35,651 nucleotides of DNA from Candidatus Saccharimonadota bacterium. GTDB taxonomy: Bacteria > Patescibacteriota > Saccharimonadia > Saccharimonadales > Saccharimonadaceae. This document shows positions 1 through 9,631 of the stretch, piece by piece; within the stretch, counting starts at the first letter, position 1, and the number at the start of each line of letters is the position of its first letter. The notes beneath the pieces are model-generated. The model had not been told where the DNA came from, made no database searches, and saw only the letters and a list, made by a program, of their open reading frames with translations. A program made the position numbers and the translations under genes. The DNA is taken from positions 1-35,651 of the forward strand of contig JAFWKB010000050.1 in NCBI GenBank assembly GCA_017511405.1, written 5' to 3'.

Positions 1-1
1 A

Positions 2-1690
2 TTAATTAATCTCGTTCCGCTTCAAGCGTTCGCAGATATAGAAATAATTCATGGCATTCCTGAGCCAGAAGAACCATTAATAGAAGCGCCCGAAGCAGTA
101 TATAAAATCGGTAACGTAATTTTAGATAATCAAAAAAGCTACTATAAAAATGGCAAGGCAATCGAATATTGCGATTTTGATAATGACGATGATTGCACGC
201 TTTTTTATCACTATCGCCCGCAACAGTATCGTACTCTCTACATGAAAAACTACACCGGCCCAGAAATTTCTCTAATCGCAGATACAATCCAACACGCCGA
301 CATCAGATTCCTCGGAAATAATACAATCAACTCAGAAAACGAGTTTGGATTTTATTTCCCAGGGGCAAACAAAGAGACGACAACATATTTCGATCCGCAA
401 GACAACAACGCAAGCTTAACAATCAACGTTAATTCCAAAACAGAAAAAGCAATCGGCATTTATTCCGAAAGATCAAATCTATATTTTAAGAACAAAGCAA
501 AATACGAAATCAATATTAACTCCGCTCTACCAGAAGAAAAAATATCAACATCAGAGGTAGCAGGAATCAGAGTAGATAATCATGGTTCAATTCAAATTGA
601 CGAGAGAAGCAAGCTTGCAATCAATAATCCAACCGGAAACTATTCAATCTACGGAGACACAATCAGAATAGCCACAACAAGCATGGAATACTGTAAAGGA
701 TTAGGCGGAAACGAAAGGGAATGTGACGCAAATTTTGTTTTTACACATAAAATTACCGACGGAGTCGGTGACGTCATACCTGGTAATGATTTTGTAGAGG
801 AAGAACAAAGAAGCGAAAAAATCGCTTGGACAAACGGTTATTATACATTCGATTATATCAAAACCGACAATTTAGGAACATTTCGATTAATCCCGAGAAT
901 TAACGGAGTAAATGCCGAAGTCGTAGCAGAAATAATAGAAGATATGTCGTTTGATGAGGCGGAAAAATCGCTCAAAAACACATTAGTAAGATATGATAAT
1001 ATAAAAGAATTACTTGAAGAATATGACCAAAACCACTACGATAGCATGTTTTATCGCGTAAGTCCAGAAATTTCATACCTCATCAACGAGACAAATCCAG
1101 AAGACAAAAACAAAATAAAACTAGAAGATAAGTATGCATTTTATGTTGGATTCGAAACAACGGATCAAAATCACGGATTCGAAAGTTTAAGTAATAATCA
1201 TTGCGGAATACCTTTCTCGGATGCCATAATTAACGAAACAGTATATAGCTGTCATTCAGAAAATCGTACCCGAAATCCAGACGACCCCTTCAAAGAATGG
1301 TTTAAGCTAGAAATCTCAGTAAAGAAAAAAGAAGAGTCAATAGAGAAGCAAGAAGAACCAACCGAAGAAAAGCCAGAAGAGAAAACGGAAGAAGATCCAA
1401 AAAAAGAACTCAAAATAATGGAACAACCCAAAATAGAAAAGTCAAAAAACCTGCCAATGCTACCGATATTAGCACCAAACACAGGAATATTAACGCACGA
1501 AGAATCAAACTCAAAAGAACAAAGTTTGACCGTTCTAATGTTAATAACTATTTCAACATCCGTGTTACAATTAGCTTATTATGGCAAAACTATACTTTCG
1601 TTACGGCGCAATGGGGTGCGGAAAAACCATGCAACTCCTTCAAGTAGCATTCAACTACGAGGAAAGGGGTCATCAAGTTTGCGTCATTAA
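2..1690 (+). CDS. Secreted/cell-surface protein, 5'-partial (start lies upstream of window); E/K/P-rich stalk, LPXTG-like APNTG motif, C-terminal hydrophobic segment
   Basis: Frame of ORF 242..1690 is open back to base 2 (LINLVPLQAFA-DIEII..., looks like the end of a signal peptide). C-terminus has KKEESIEKQEEPTEEKPEEK, LAPNTG, LTVLMLITISTSVLQLAYY and a basic tail; overlaps tdk by 110 nt. Confidence 0.7.
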   Translation, partial: LINLVPLQAFADIEIIHGIPEPEEPLIEAPEAVYKIGNVILDNQKSYYKNGKAIEYCDFDNDDDCTLFYHYRPQQYRTLYMKNYTGPEISLIADTIQHADIRFLGNNTINSENEFGFYFPGANKETTTYFDPQDNNASLTINVNSKTEKAIGIYSERSNLYFKNKAKYEININSALPEEKISTSEVAGIRVDNHGSIQIDERSKLAINNPTGNYSIYGDTIRIATTSMEYCKGLGGNERECDANFVFTHKITDGVGDVIPGNDFVEEEQRSEKIAWTNGYYTFDYIKTDNLGTFRLIPRINGVNAEVVAEIIEDMSFDEAEKSLKNTLVRYDNIKELLEEYDQNHYDSMFYRVSPEISYLINETNPEDKNKIKLEDKYAFYVGFETTDQNHGFESLSNNHCGIPFSDAIINETVYSCHSENRTRNPDDPFKEWFKLEISVKKKEESIEKQEEPTEEKPEEKTEEDPKKELKIMEQPKIEKSKNLPMLPILAPNTGILTHEESNSKEQSLTVLMLITISTSVLQLAYYGKTILSLRRNGVRKNHATPSSSIQLRGKGSSSLRH

Positions 1691-2171
1691 ACCTAAAACA
1701 GATACAAAAAATGGCGAAAAACTCCTCACAAGAATTGGACCCGAACTAGAAACGGATATTTGTTTCGATAGAGAGACCGATCTTTTTGAAAAAATAGCCC
1801 AAAACTATGCTGGCGTAGCCTGCGTTTTAGTGGACGAATCGCAATTCTTAACCCCCGAGCAAGCCGACCAGCTCATGCAAATCACTATCCAACTCGATAT
1901 ACCCGTCATCGCATACGGATTACGTCTTAATTTCAGACTCACCGACGGAGGTTTCGAGGGAGCAACACGTCTTCTCCAAATTGCGCACGAAATCGAAGAA
2001 ATCAAGACCATCTGTGAATGCGGACATAAAGCTACCTGCAACTGCCGTTTCTTAAATGGAAAAATTGTTCAAGACGGACCAGATATTCTTATAGACGACG
2101 GAAAAACCAAAATCGAATATCGTGCCCTCTGTCCAGCTTGCGTTGAAAAATATAAACAAGGATCAAAATAA
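1581..2171 (+). CDS. tdk: Thymidine kinase
   Basis: P-loop YGAMGCGKT, Walker B VLVDESQF, YGL, Zn ligands CECG...CPAC. Confidence 0.95.
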   Translation: MAKLYFRYGAMGCGKTMQLLQVAFNYEERGHQVCVIKPKTDTKNGEKLLTRIGPELETDICFDRETDLFEKIAQNYAGVACVLVDESQFLTPEQADQLMQITIQLDIPVIAYGLRLNFRLTDGGFEGATRLLQIAHEIEEIKTICECGHKATCNCRFLNGKIVQDGPDILIDDGKTKIEYRALCPACVEKYKQGSK

Positions 2172-2782
2172 TGTATATTGTTATTGAAGGACAAGATGGA
2201 ACCGGAAAATCCACCCAAGCCGAATTACTTGCTGATTATTTTCGAGCACAAGGTAAAACGGTTTTAACTCTGCACGAACCAGACGGCGAACTATCACAAG
2301 CGCATGACATTCATGATCTAATTCTCGTCAAAGGAAAAGACTATAATCTCGAGCCAATAACAAATTTGCTTCTCTTTACGGCGGCAAGATGTGAACTTTG
2401 GAACAAACTCGCCAAACCAGTTCTCAAAAAAGGCGGGATAGTTATTTCCGCCCGAAACTGGTGGTCTACCCTTGCATACCAAGGATATGGCGAAGGAATC
2501 CCAATCAAATCAATCAAAGATTTAACTACCTCGCTTTTGCCGAAAGAATATGTTAAACCCGAAAAATCAGCAATCCTAATTTTGAGCAACGAAGAACGAA
2601 AAAAACGCGAAGAAACTCGTGGAAAAACCCTAGAGACTTTTGAGGTCAAGGGAAACGAATTTCAGGATAAAGTCAATAAGGGTTATGAAGCGATTGCTAA
2701 AGATTTATCAATACCGACGATTGAGGCAACGGGCACAATTGAAGAGGTTAACAAAAAACTAAAAACTCTCTTCCAAATTTAG
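2171..2782 (+). CDS. tmk: Thymidylate (dTMP) kinase
   Basis: IVIEGQDGTGKSTQ, EP, LLLFTAAR, RNWWSTLAYQG; start overlaps tdk stop (TAATG). Confidence 0.93.
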   Translation: MYIVIEGQDGTGKSTQAELLADYFRAQGKTVLTLHEPDGELSQAHDIHDLILVKGKDYNLEPITNLLLFTAARCELWNKLAKPVLKKGGIVISARNWWSTLAYQGYGEGIPIKSIKDLTTSLLPKEYVKPEKSAILILSNEERKKREETRGKTLETFEVKGNEFQDKVNKGYEAIAKDLSIPTIEATGTIEEVNKKLKTLFQI

Positions 2783-2828
2783 CACGAGCGTAATATAATA
2801 TATATTATGTATAAGAAGGTGGGCATTA

Positions 2829-4412
2829 GTGAATAAGATCGCGATTTATTTAAATCGCCATATCACCGGAAATGTTTTTGATAACGACTCAATTCTCGAG
2901 GCTTATTCCGTCGATGACTCGCTTTTAAAAATAAAACCCCGTTTTGTTGCCCTTCCCGAATCAACCTCCGACATCAGAAAAATAGTTAAATTTGTCAATC
3001 AGCTAGCCGAGAAAAAATACTATCTCCCGATTTCCGTCCGCGGATCCGGTCTCTCCAAAAGCGGCGCTGATTTGTCTAACGGAATCATCATTTCCACTGA
3101 AAAACTTAACCACGTTCGTGAGCTCGATGCACACGATCGCTTAGTCCACGTTCAAGCCGGAATAACTCTCGGAAAACTTAACGCCGTCCTCGCCCCTTAT
3201 GGACTGACCATACCTGTATTCGCTAACCCAAATGACACAATCGGCTCGCTCATAAATACTTGTCCGCGCGACAAATATTCAAACAAATACGGCGGAATAG
3301 TTAATTATATCGACAGGGTAGAGGTGGTACTCTCAAACGGAGATTTGCTTCAGACCTCTCGTCTTTCAAAAGGAAAACTTAACGGAAAAATTAGAGCTAA
3401 AGGTTATGAAGGCGAAATCTATAAAAAGGTTCAATCACTACTTACCGAGAAACAGGAACAACTCGACAATATAAAAAACACTCGAGAAGGATACACTGGC
3501 GCCAAGCACATTGTTAGAAATAACGGCTCAGTATTCGACATGCTCCCAATTTTCTTTGCCTCCGAAGGAACACTCGGAATTATTACGGAGGTAATTTTAA
3601 GAGCAGTTCCATCAACTCCACGCCCACACCGAATTTTTGCAACCTTTCCTAACCTCGAAAGCGCCACAAAATTCGCCGATTTCTGTTTAGAAAAAGAACC
3701 TCTCAGTGTTGAAATTTTCGACAATAAAATTTTCCAAACTGCCGAAGAATTTGGCAAAAAACCCGATTTGCTTAGCAAAAAAATCGAAAATGGCTACCTC
3801 GTGCTTGCAAGCTTCAACGACAAGTCAAGAAAATCGCGCAAAAAAGTTCGTAAATGCCAGAAATTTTCATCAAAATCAAATAACATAATTATCGAAACGT
3901 TAGATAACTCTCAAGATTTTGATGACTTCGAAACCAGCCTGATTTCGTTCTTGAATGACGATCCAAAAACAGAACGTCCAAATCTTCTCAATGATTTTTA
4001 TCTACCAAAAGAAAACCTCAACAAATTCATCGAAGAAATCAAAAAAATCGAGAAAAAATATAAAAAGACTCTTTCATTATTCGGGAGTTACGATACGGAA
4101 AACTTTTCTTTAAGACCAAGCTTTGAGCTAAAAAAAGTCGAAGAAAGACGAACCGCCCTTTCGCTTCTTCAAGAACTAAACACAATCTTAAAGGCACTTG
4201 ACGGAAACCTTACCGGAGGATATCCCGAAGGACGATTAAAGTCAATCGTTACTTATCCAGATTTAGCGAAAGACCGTAAAGAAACTTACGCAAAAATCAA
4301 AGAGATTTTCGATCCAAACAATATTCTCGGCCCGGAATCAAAGACAAATTACGACACACGCTCTGCTGTTCGTCATTTGCGTACAGAGACAAATCAAGGC
4401 ATTATTTCTTAA
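2829..4412 (+). CDS. FAD-binding oxidoreductase (GlcD/D-lactate dehydrogenase-like, VAO/PCMH family)
   Basis: P.S..DI, VRGSGLS, VHVQAGITLGKLN, ASEGTLGIITEVIL, KEIFDPNNILGP. Confidence 0.85.
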   Translation: MNKIAIYLNRHITGNVFDNDSILEAYSVDDSLLKIKPRFVALPESTSDIRKIVKFVNQLAEKKYYLPISVRGSGLSKSGADLSNGIIISTEKLNHVRELDAHDRLVHVQAGITLGKLNAVLAPYGLTIPVFANPNDTIGSLINTCPRDKYSNKYGGIVNYIDRVEVVLSNGDLLQTSRLSKGKLNGKIRAKGYEGEIYKKVQSLLTEKQEQLDNIKNTREGYTGAKHIVRNNGSVFDMLPIFFASEGTLGIITEVILRAVPSTPRPHRIFATFPNLESATKFADFCLEKEPLSVEIFDNKIFQTAEEFGKKPDLLSKKIENGYLVLASFNDKSRKSRKKVRKCQKFSSKSNNIIIETLDNSQDFDDFETSLISFLNDDPKTERPNLLNDFYLPKENLNKFIEEIKKIEKKYKKTLSLFGSYDTENFSLRPSFELKKVEERRTALSLLQELNTILKALDGNLTGGYPEGRLKSIVTYPDLAKDRKETYAKIKEIFDPNNILGPESKTNYDTRSAVRHLRTETNQGIIS

Positions 4413-4424
4413 ACCTCTAGTTTG

Positions 4425-4433
4425 TGATATAAT
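4425..4433 (+). promoter_or_regulatory. Extended -10 promoter (TGATATAAT) of tig
   Basis: TGnTATAAT 8 nt before ATG 4442, no SD. Confidence 0.6.
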
Positions 4434-4441
4434 CTAAAACC

Positions 4442-5719
4442 ATGAAAGTAAAATCAAAGAAATTATCCGACACCCGTGTCGAGATTAAAGTAACTCTCGA
4501 AAAAGAAGACTTAAGTGTTGCCAAAAAGAAAGCGATCGAACGTCTTTCTCGCGAAATAAAACTCGAAGGTTTCCGAAAAGGAAAAGCACCAAAAGAATTA
4601 GTTGAAAAAGCGCTCAACCCCAATGATATCAACGCAGAAACAATCGACATCGCCGTCCGGACTACAGTCCCGACCGCCTTTCAGCAAGCAGAAAAATCCC
4701 CGCTAGTCATCCCGAATGTCAATGTAACCAAATATGTTCCTGACGAAACTGCTGAATACACCGCCACAGCCGACATTCTGCCCGAGGTAAAATTAGGCGA
4801 CTACAAAAATCTAAAGACCAAAAAGCCAGAAAACAAGGTCTCGAAAGAAGAAATCGAAGAAATCGTTGAAAACGTTCGTAAAGCTTATTCAGAAAAGAAA
4901 GTAGCAAAAAAGAAAGCCGAACACGGCGACGAGGTGATTATCGATTTTGTCGGCAAAAAAGACGGTGAACCTTTTCAAGGTGGAACAGCAAAAGACTACG
5001 CACTTACCCTCGGCTCAAATACTTTTATTCCGGGATTTGAAGATGGTCTTATCGGTAAAGAATCAGGCGACAAAGTAGAATTGGATCTTACCTTCCCTAA
5101 AGACTATCCGGAAAAAAATCTTGCAGGTCAAAAAACCGTTTTCGAAGTGCTAGTTAAGCAAGTTAATGAAATATCACTTCCGAAACTCGACGATGAATTC
5201 GCAAAAAAATGCGGCCCATTCAAAAATATGGACGAACTCCGTGCCGACATAGAAAAAAACCTTAAAGCACAAAACGAATATAAACTCATAGAAAAATACA
5301 AAGACGATCTTGTCGAAGAACTCGTCAAAAAATCTACAGTTTCAGCTCCCGAGATTCTGATCTCCGACCAACTACAATTCGTTAGAAACGATCTTGAGCG
5401 AAATGCTACAAATGCCGGTATGAAATTTGAAGACTATCTCAAAGCTAACAACATGACGCAAGAAGAATGGGAAAAAGAGGCTAAAAAAGTCGCAGAGAAG
5501 CGCGTTAAAGCATCGCTCGTCCTTCAAGTTTTAGCAAACAAAGAAAATATCAACACAACTGACGAAGAAGTTGCAGCAAAAATTGCAGAGTTAAGGGACG
5601 TCTACAAAAAATCCCCAGAAGTGCTCAAGAATCTCAAAGATCCGCGAGTCAAAATGGACATCAAAAACCGTATGACGATTGAAAAAACCCTAGATTATCT
5701 CGTAAACGCAAACAAGTAA
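4442..5719 (+). CDS. tig: Trigger factor
   Basis: GFRKGKAP ribosome-binding motif, FKBP domain (VIIDFVG...FIPGFEDGLIG...TFPKDYP). Confidence 0.97.
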   Translation: MKVKSKKLSDTRVEIKVTLEKEDLSVAKKKAIERLSREIKLEGFRKGKAPKELVEKALNPNDINAETIDIAVRTTVPTAFQQAEKSPLVIPNVNVTKYVPDETAEYTATADILPEVKLGDYKNLKTKKPENKVSKEEIEEIVENVRKAYSEKKVAKKKAEHGDEVIIDFVGKKDGEPFQGGTAKDYALTLGSNTFIPGFEDGLIGKESGDKVELDLTFPKDYPEKNLAGQKTVFEVLVKQVNEISLPKLDDEFAKKCGPFKNMDELRADIEKNLKAQNEYKLIEKYKDDLVEELVKKSTVSAPEILISDQLQFVRNDLERNATNAGMKFEDYLKANNMTQEEWEKEAKKVAEKRVKASLVLQVLANKENINTTDEEVAAKIAELRDVYKKSPEVLKNLKDPRVKMDIKNRMTIEKTLDYLVNANK

Positions 5720-5722
5720 AAC

Positions 5723-5751
5723 TTGAAATTATTTACCTCCTGATATATAAT
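5723..5751 (+). promoter_or_regulatory. Sigma70-type promoter of gap operon
   Basis: TTGAAA-N17-TATAAT, followed by SD AGGAGG before ATG 5781. Confidence 0.7.
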
Positions 5752-5780
5752 AAACACAACTATATTCAGGAGGTATTTTA

Positions 5781-6785
5781 ATGGTAAAAATTGCAATCAA
5801 TGGCTTTGGGCGAATCGGCAGAAATGCTCTAAAAATCGCTCTCGAACGACGCGACCTTCAAATCGTCGCAATCAACGACCTGACTGACACGAAAACGCTT
5901 GCCAAGCTATTACAATTTGATTCATCCTACGGCATTTATAGCAAAAAAGTTAACTTTGATGAGAATAATCTAATCATCGGTTCACGCAAAATTCGCGTCC
6001 TTTCCGAAACGGATCCTAAAAAACTTCCGTGGAAAGAACTTGGAGTTGATGTTGTTATTGAATCAACTGGACTTTTTACCGATCCTGCCAAAGCAAAGGC
6101 TCACCTCTCGGCTGGCGCTAAAAAAGTCGTTATTTCCGCCCCCGCAAAAGGTGAAGGAGCTAAAACTATAGTCATCGGCGTTAATGAAGATCAAGTTGAC
6201 GCAAAAGATACCATCCTCTCTAATGCCTCGTGCACAACAAATTGCATCGCGCCCGTCATGAAAATCCTTGAAGACAATTTTGGCATAGAAAAAGCCATGA
6301 TGACTACCGTCCATTCATATACCGCCTCTCAAAGGCTTCAAGACGCCCCTGCAAAAGACCTTCGTGAAGCACGTGCCGCCGCCGAAAATATCGTCCCGAC
6401 TACAACTGGAGCTTCCAAAGCCGCCGCATTAACAATCCCATCGCTCAAAGATAAATTCAATGGCCTCTCGGTACGTGTCCCAACTCCCGTCGTATCACTA
6501 GCCGACATCACCGCCGTAATCAAGAGAAACACCACCAAGGAAGAGCTCAATCGAATTCTCAAGAAAGCAGCCCGCGAACCATATTATGAAGGTATCGTAG
6601 CAACAACGGAAGAAGAACTAGTCTCGACAGATTTCAGGGGGAATGCTCACAGCGCCATAATCGACCTTCCTCTTACCGATGTAGTCGATGGAAATCTCAT
6701 TAAAGTCGTCGCGTGGTACGATAATGAATGGGGTTATTCCAATCGGCTCGTTGAACTCGCCGCAGATTTCGGAAAGGTTCGCTAA
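5781..6785 (+). CDS. gap: Type I glyceraldehyde-3-phosphate dehydrogenase
   Basis: INGFGRIGR, SNASCTTNC, RVPTP, WYDNEWGYS. Confidence 0.98.
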   Translation: MVKIAINGFGRIGRNALKIALERRDLQIVAINDLTDTKTLAKLLQFDSSYGIYSKKVNFDENNLIIGSRKIRVLSETDPKKLPWKELGVDVVIESTGLFTDPAKAKAHLSAGAKKVVISAPAKGEGAKTIVIGVNEDQVDAKDTILSNASCTTNCIAPVMKILEDNFGIEKAMMTTVHSYTASQRLQDAPAKDLREARAAAENIVPTTTGASKAAALTIPSLKDKFNGLSVRVPTPVVSLADITAVIKRNTTKEELNRILKKAAREPYYEGIVATTEEELVSTDFRGNAHSAIIDLPLTDVVDGNLIKVVAWYDNEWGYSNRLVELAADFGKVR

Positions 6786-7249
6786 TGTCTACAATTTACA
6801 TCGCGTCCGATCACAGAGGTTTTAATCTAAAGAATAAACTCAAGCTCGAACACCCGACCTTCATCGATTTGGGACCAACAGTATACAACCCCGACGACGA
6901 TTATAACGATTTCGCTAAGACACTTGCAAAAAAAGTCCTCGAAACGCCAGGTTCGATGGGTGTATTAATCTGCGGATCGGCAATCGGCGTCTCTATTCAA
7001 GCCAATCGCTATAAAGGCATTCGCGCTGCAGTTGTGTCAGACATAGATTCCGCCAAAAAAACTCGCGAACACAACGACGCTAACGTACTTTGTCTTTCTG
7101 CCGACCACGTTACAGAAGCAAAAGACCCTCTCGAAACGGAAAAATCGCTTGAAGATATATCGGCCATCGTTGAGGCATTTTTAAATACACCATTTTCGGA
7201 TGAACCACGCCACTTAAGACGAATCAAAAAACTCGACGAGGATTTATAA
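6785..7249 (+). CDS. rpiB: Ribose-5-phosphate isomerase B (RpiB/LacA/LacB family)
   Basis: ASDHRGFNLK, GVLICGSAIG...ANR..GIRAA, REHNDANVLCL, RHLRRI. Confidence 0.93.
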   Translation: MSTIYIASDHRGFNLKNKLKLEHPTFIDLGPTVYNPDDDYNDFAKTLAKKVLETPGSMGVLICGSAIGVSIQANRYKGIRAAVVSDIDSAKKTREHNDANVLCLSADHVTEAKDPLETEKSLEDISAIVEAFLNTPFSDEPRHLRRIKKLDEDL

Positions 7250-7252
7250 TCT

Positions 7253-7903
7253 ATGCCAGAAATCGTACCAACCATCCTCACAAATGACAAAAATCTTTAT
7301 CGTAAACAATATGCGCTGTATTCGACTTTCGCAAAAAGAATCCAAGTCGACATCACGGACGGTGTTTTTGCGCAAAACCCAACCATCCACGAATCAAACG
7401 CCTGGAGAGAGCAAACTTGGGCACCTATGGACTTGCATATGATGGTAACCACACCGTCACAACATCTCGAAACTATCATAAAAATCAAGCCCGCCCTCTG
7501 CATTTTTCACGCAGAGACAAGCGAAAACCTACTGCCAATTTTTAAAATCCTCAAAAACGCAAATATCAAAACAGGAGTTGCAATCCTAAAACAAACATAC
7601 CCTGGAAAAATCGCCGCATACCTTAAAGAAGTCGATCATTGTCTAATATTTGCCGGAACCCTCGGAGCACAAGGAGGACAAGCCGATATGCTCCAAATCG
7701 AAAAAGTTCCAATTATTCGTGCAATAAGCCCAAATCTAGAAATCGGCTGGGATGGAGGGGTAAACATGTCAAACGCAAGAGCCCTAGCGCATTCCGATAT
7801 AGACGTCATTAATGTTGGTTCAGCAATCGCAAAAGCCCCCGATCCTAAAAAAATGTATAATGACCTTGTCCTCGAAATTGATAAGCAAGGAGTCTTGATT
7901 TAA
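7253..7903 (+). CDS. rpe: Ribulose-phosphate 3-epimerase (divergent)
   Basis: QVDITDGVF, DLHMMV, FHAE, WDGGVN, VGSAI; context rpiB. Confidence 0.85.
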   Translation: MPEIVPTILTNDKNLYRKQYALYSTFAKRIQVDITDGVFAQNPTIHESNAWREQTWAPMDLHMMVTTPSQHLETIIKIKPALCIFHAETSENLLPIFKILKNANIKTGVAILKQTYPGKIAAYLKEVDHCLIFAGTLGAQGGQADMLQIEKVPIIRAISPNLEIGWDGGVNMSNARALAHSDIDVINVGSAIAKAPDPKKMYNDLVLEIDKQGVLI

Positions 7904-8868
7904 TGGCAAGGATCGTTTCTATAGGTTCAGCGCTCCAAGATATATATCTCATCGACAGGGATGATTTCGGATCGTTTGAATATAACAACAAATCAATGTT
8001 CAAAAGTCTAGAAATTGGCTCTAAATACGACATCGACAAACTAGATTTTTTCATTGGGGGCGGTGGCACAAATACCGCAGTTACCTTCGCAAAATCAGGA
8101 CACGAAGCCATCTATCTCGGCAATATCGCACACGATCCCGCCGGAGAGGCAATACTTAAGAAACTCGACGAAGAGGGAATCGATACCTCCTACATTTCTT
8201 ACCCACCAAAAGGGAAAACGGGAGTTTCTATCATTCTTCTTGATTCAAAAACCGGCGAAAGAACCGTCTTAACCTTCCGAGGCGCATCTTCAAAGTTTAA
8301 CAATCTAAAACCGAAGGACCTAGAATATATTTCTCCAGATTGGCTATATATGACAACTCTTCGTGGTGACATGGGGTCGATACTAAGCTTCCTCGAAAAA
8401 GCGCATGAGTTAGGAGTGAAAACTATGTTCAATCCAGGTGTCCTAGAACTAAAAAACTCCAAGCAACTCCTCGGCCTTCTGAGAGACGTCGATATTCTTT
8501 TGCTCAACAAACGCGAGGCCTCTCAACTTGTCCCTGGAACACTCCTTCAAGAACTTCTAGAAAGACTTAAAAACTACTGCAAAACAGTCTTAATAACCGA
8601 CGGGTCCATGGGTGGAATAGCCACTAATGGCGAAAAAACCTACCGCTTCGGAATTTATGAAGACGTCAAGATCGTCGACACAACCGGAGCAGGTGATGCT
8701 TTCGGCTCAGGTTTCCTTGCAAGTTACGCTGCCGGAAAAAGCTTCCGAGAATCTTTAATTTTTGCTAGTGCAAACTCAACTTCTGTAGTTCAAAAACGTG
8801 GAGCTAAAAACGGAATCATCTCAATCGATGAAAAACTCCACCCAATGCCAATTCAATTATTAAAATAA
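7903..8868 (+). CDS. PfkB/ribokinase-family carbohydrate kinase
   Basis: GGGGTNTA, GERT, LLNKREA, DTTGAGDAFGSG. Confidence 0.92.
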   Translation: MARIVSIGSALQDIYLIDRDDFGSFEYNNKSMFKSLEIGSKYDIDKLDFFIGGGGTNTAVTFAKSGHEAIYLGNIAHDPAGEAILKKLDEEGIDTSYISYPPKGKTGVSIILLDSKTGERTVLTFRGASSKFNNLKPKDLEYISPDWLYMTTLRGDMGSILSFLEKAHELGVKTMFNPGVLELKNSKQLLGLLRDVDILLLNKREASQLVPGTLLQELLERLKNYCKTVLITDGSMGGIATNGEKTYRFGIYEDVKIVDTTGAGDAFGSGFLASYAAGKSFRESLIFASANSTSVVQKRGAKNGIISIDEKLHPMPIQLLK

Positions 8869-8877
8869 AGAGGAATT

Positions 8878-9624
8878 ATGCCAGACGCTAATCAAATCAA
8901 ATCAGAAGAAAAACGCTTCCAAGAAGTTGCAAAAGAGCTTGAATCTGCCGATTACGATCGCGCTCAAGCTTATGCTAAAGACCTTCTCTCTGGCCTCCGC
9001 ATCGTAAGGACCTTCCCACAAGGCGTAACTATCTATGGTTCTGCAAGATTAAAAGAAACTAGCCCCTACTACAAAAAAGCGCGCGAACTCGGACAACATC
9101 TCGCCGAGAATGGTCACGCCGTGATTACGGGCGGCGGTCCCGGCATCATGGAGGCCGCGAATCGAGGCTCGTTCGAATATGGCGGACGTTCCATAGGACT
9201 AAATATCACCCTCAGCCACGAACAACATCCAAACCCATATCTAACAGATATGCTCCAATTTCAATATTTCTTCGCTCGGAAAGTCATGCTCGCTATGTCC
9301 GCAAAAGTCTACGTCTTTTTTCCTGGAGGTTTTGGCACTATGGATGAGTTCAGTGAAATCCTCATCTTGATGCAAGAAGGAAAGATGCCCAAAATGCCAA
9401 TGTTCCTCTTCGGAAAATCCTTCTGGCGTCCCCTAGACCGTTTTTACGCAACCAAAATGGCCCCCCTAAAATTAATAAACTCCGAGGACAGAAAAATCTA
9501 CAAACTTACCGATTCAATCGAGGAAATCGTCGAAGCCGCCAATAAAATTGGCCACCCAAAGGTTAAAACCAATTATTACGACGGCTTCAGTAAAGCTAGT
9601 AAAATTGCTCAGCCAATAATATAA
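8878..9624 (+). CDS. LOG/SLOG-family (TIGR00730-like) nucleotide phosphoribohydrolase
   Basis: YGSAR, TGGGPGIMEAANRG, FFARK, PGGFGTMDE. Confidence 0.92.
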   Translation: MPDANQIKSEEKRFQEVAKELESADYDRAQAYAKDLLSGLRIVRTFPQGVTIYGSARLKETSPYYKKARELGQHLAENGHAVITGGGPGIMEAANRGSFEYGGRSIGLNITLSHEQHPNPYLTDMLQFQYFFARKVMLAMSAKVYVFFPGGFGTMDEFSEILILMQEGKMPKMPMFLFGKSFWRPLDRFYATKMAPLKLINSEDRKIYKLTDSIEEIVEAANKIGHPKVKTNYYDGFSKASKIAQPII

Positions 9625-9631
9625 TTGAGGT

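Noticed and set aside
955-980. GCGGAAAAATCGCTCAAAAA and similar partial hits (e.g. 8958-8968, 11328-11350) as motif copies
   Set aside because: Incomplete core or wrong spacing; compatible with chance.
1320-1445. GAAGAA-rich quasi-repeats
   Set aside because: Low-complexity E/K/P stalk coding, not a nucleotide-level array.
7253-7903. rpe as a pseudogene (His to Gln in the first motif, altered PGFGGQ loop)
   Set aside because: Full-length, uninterrupted and coupled within the operon; divergence rather than decay.
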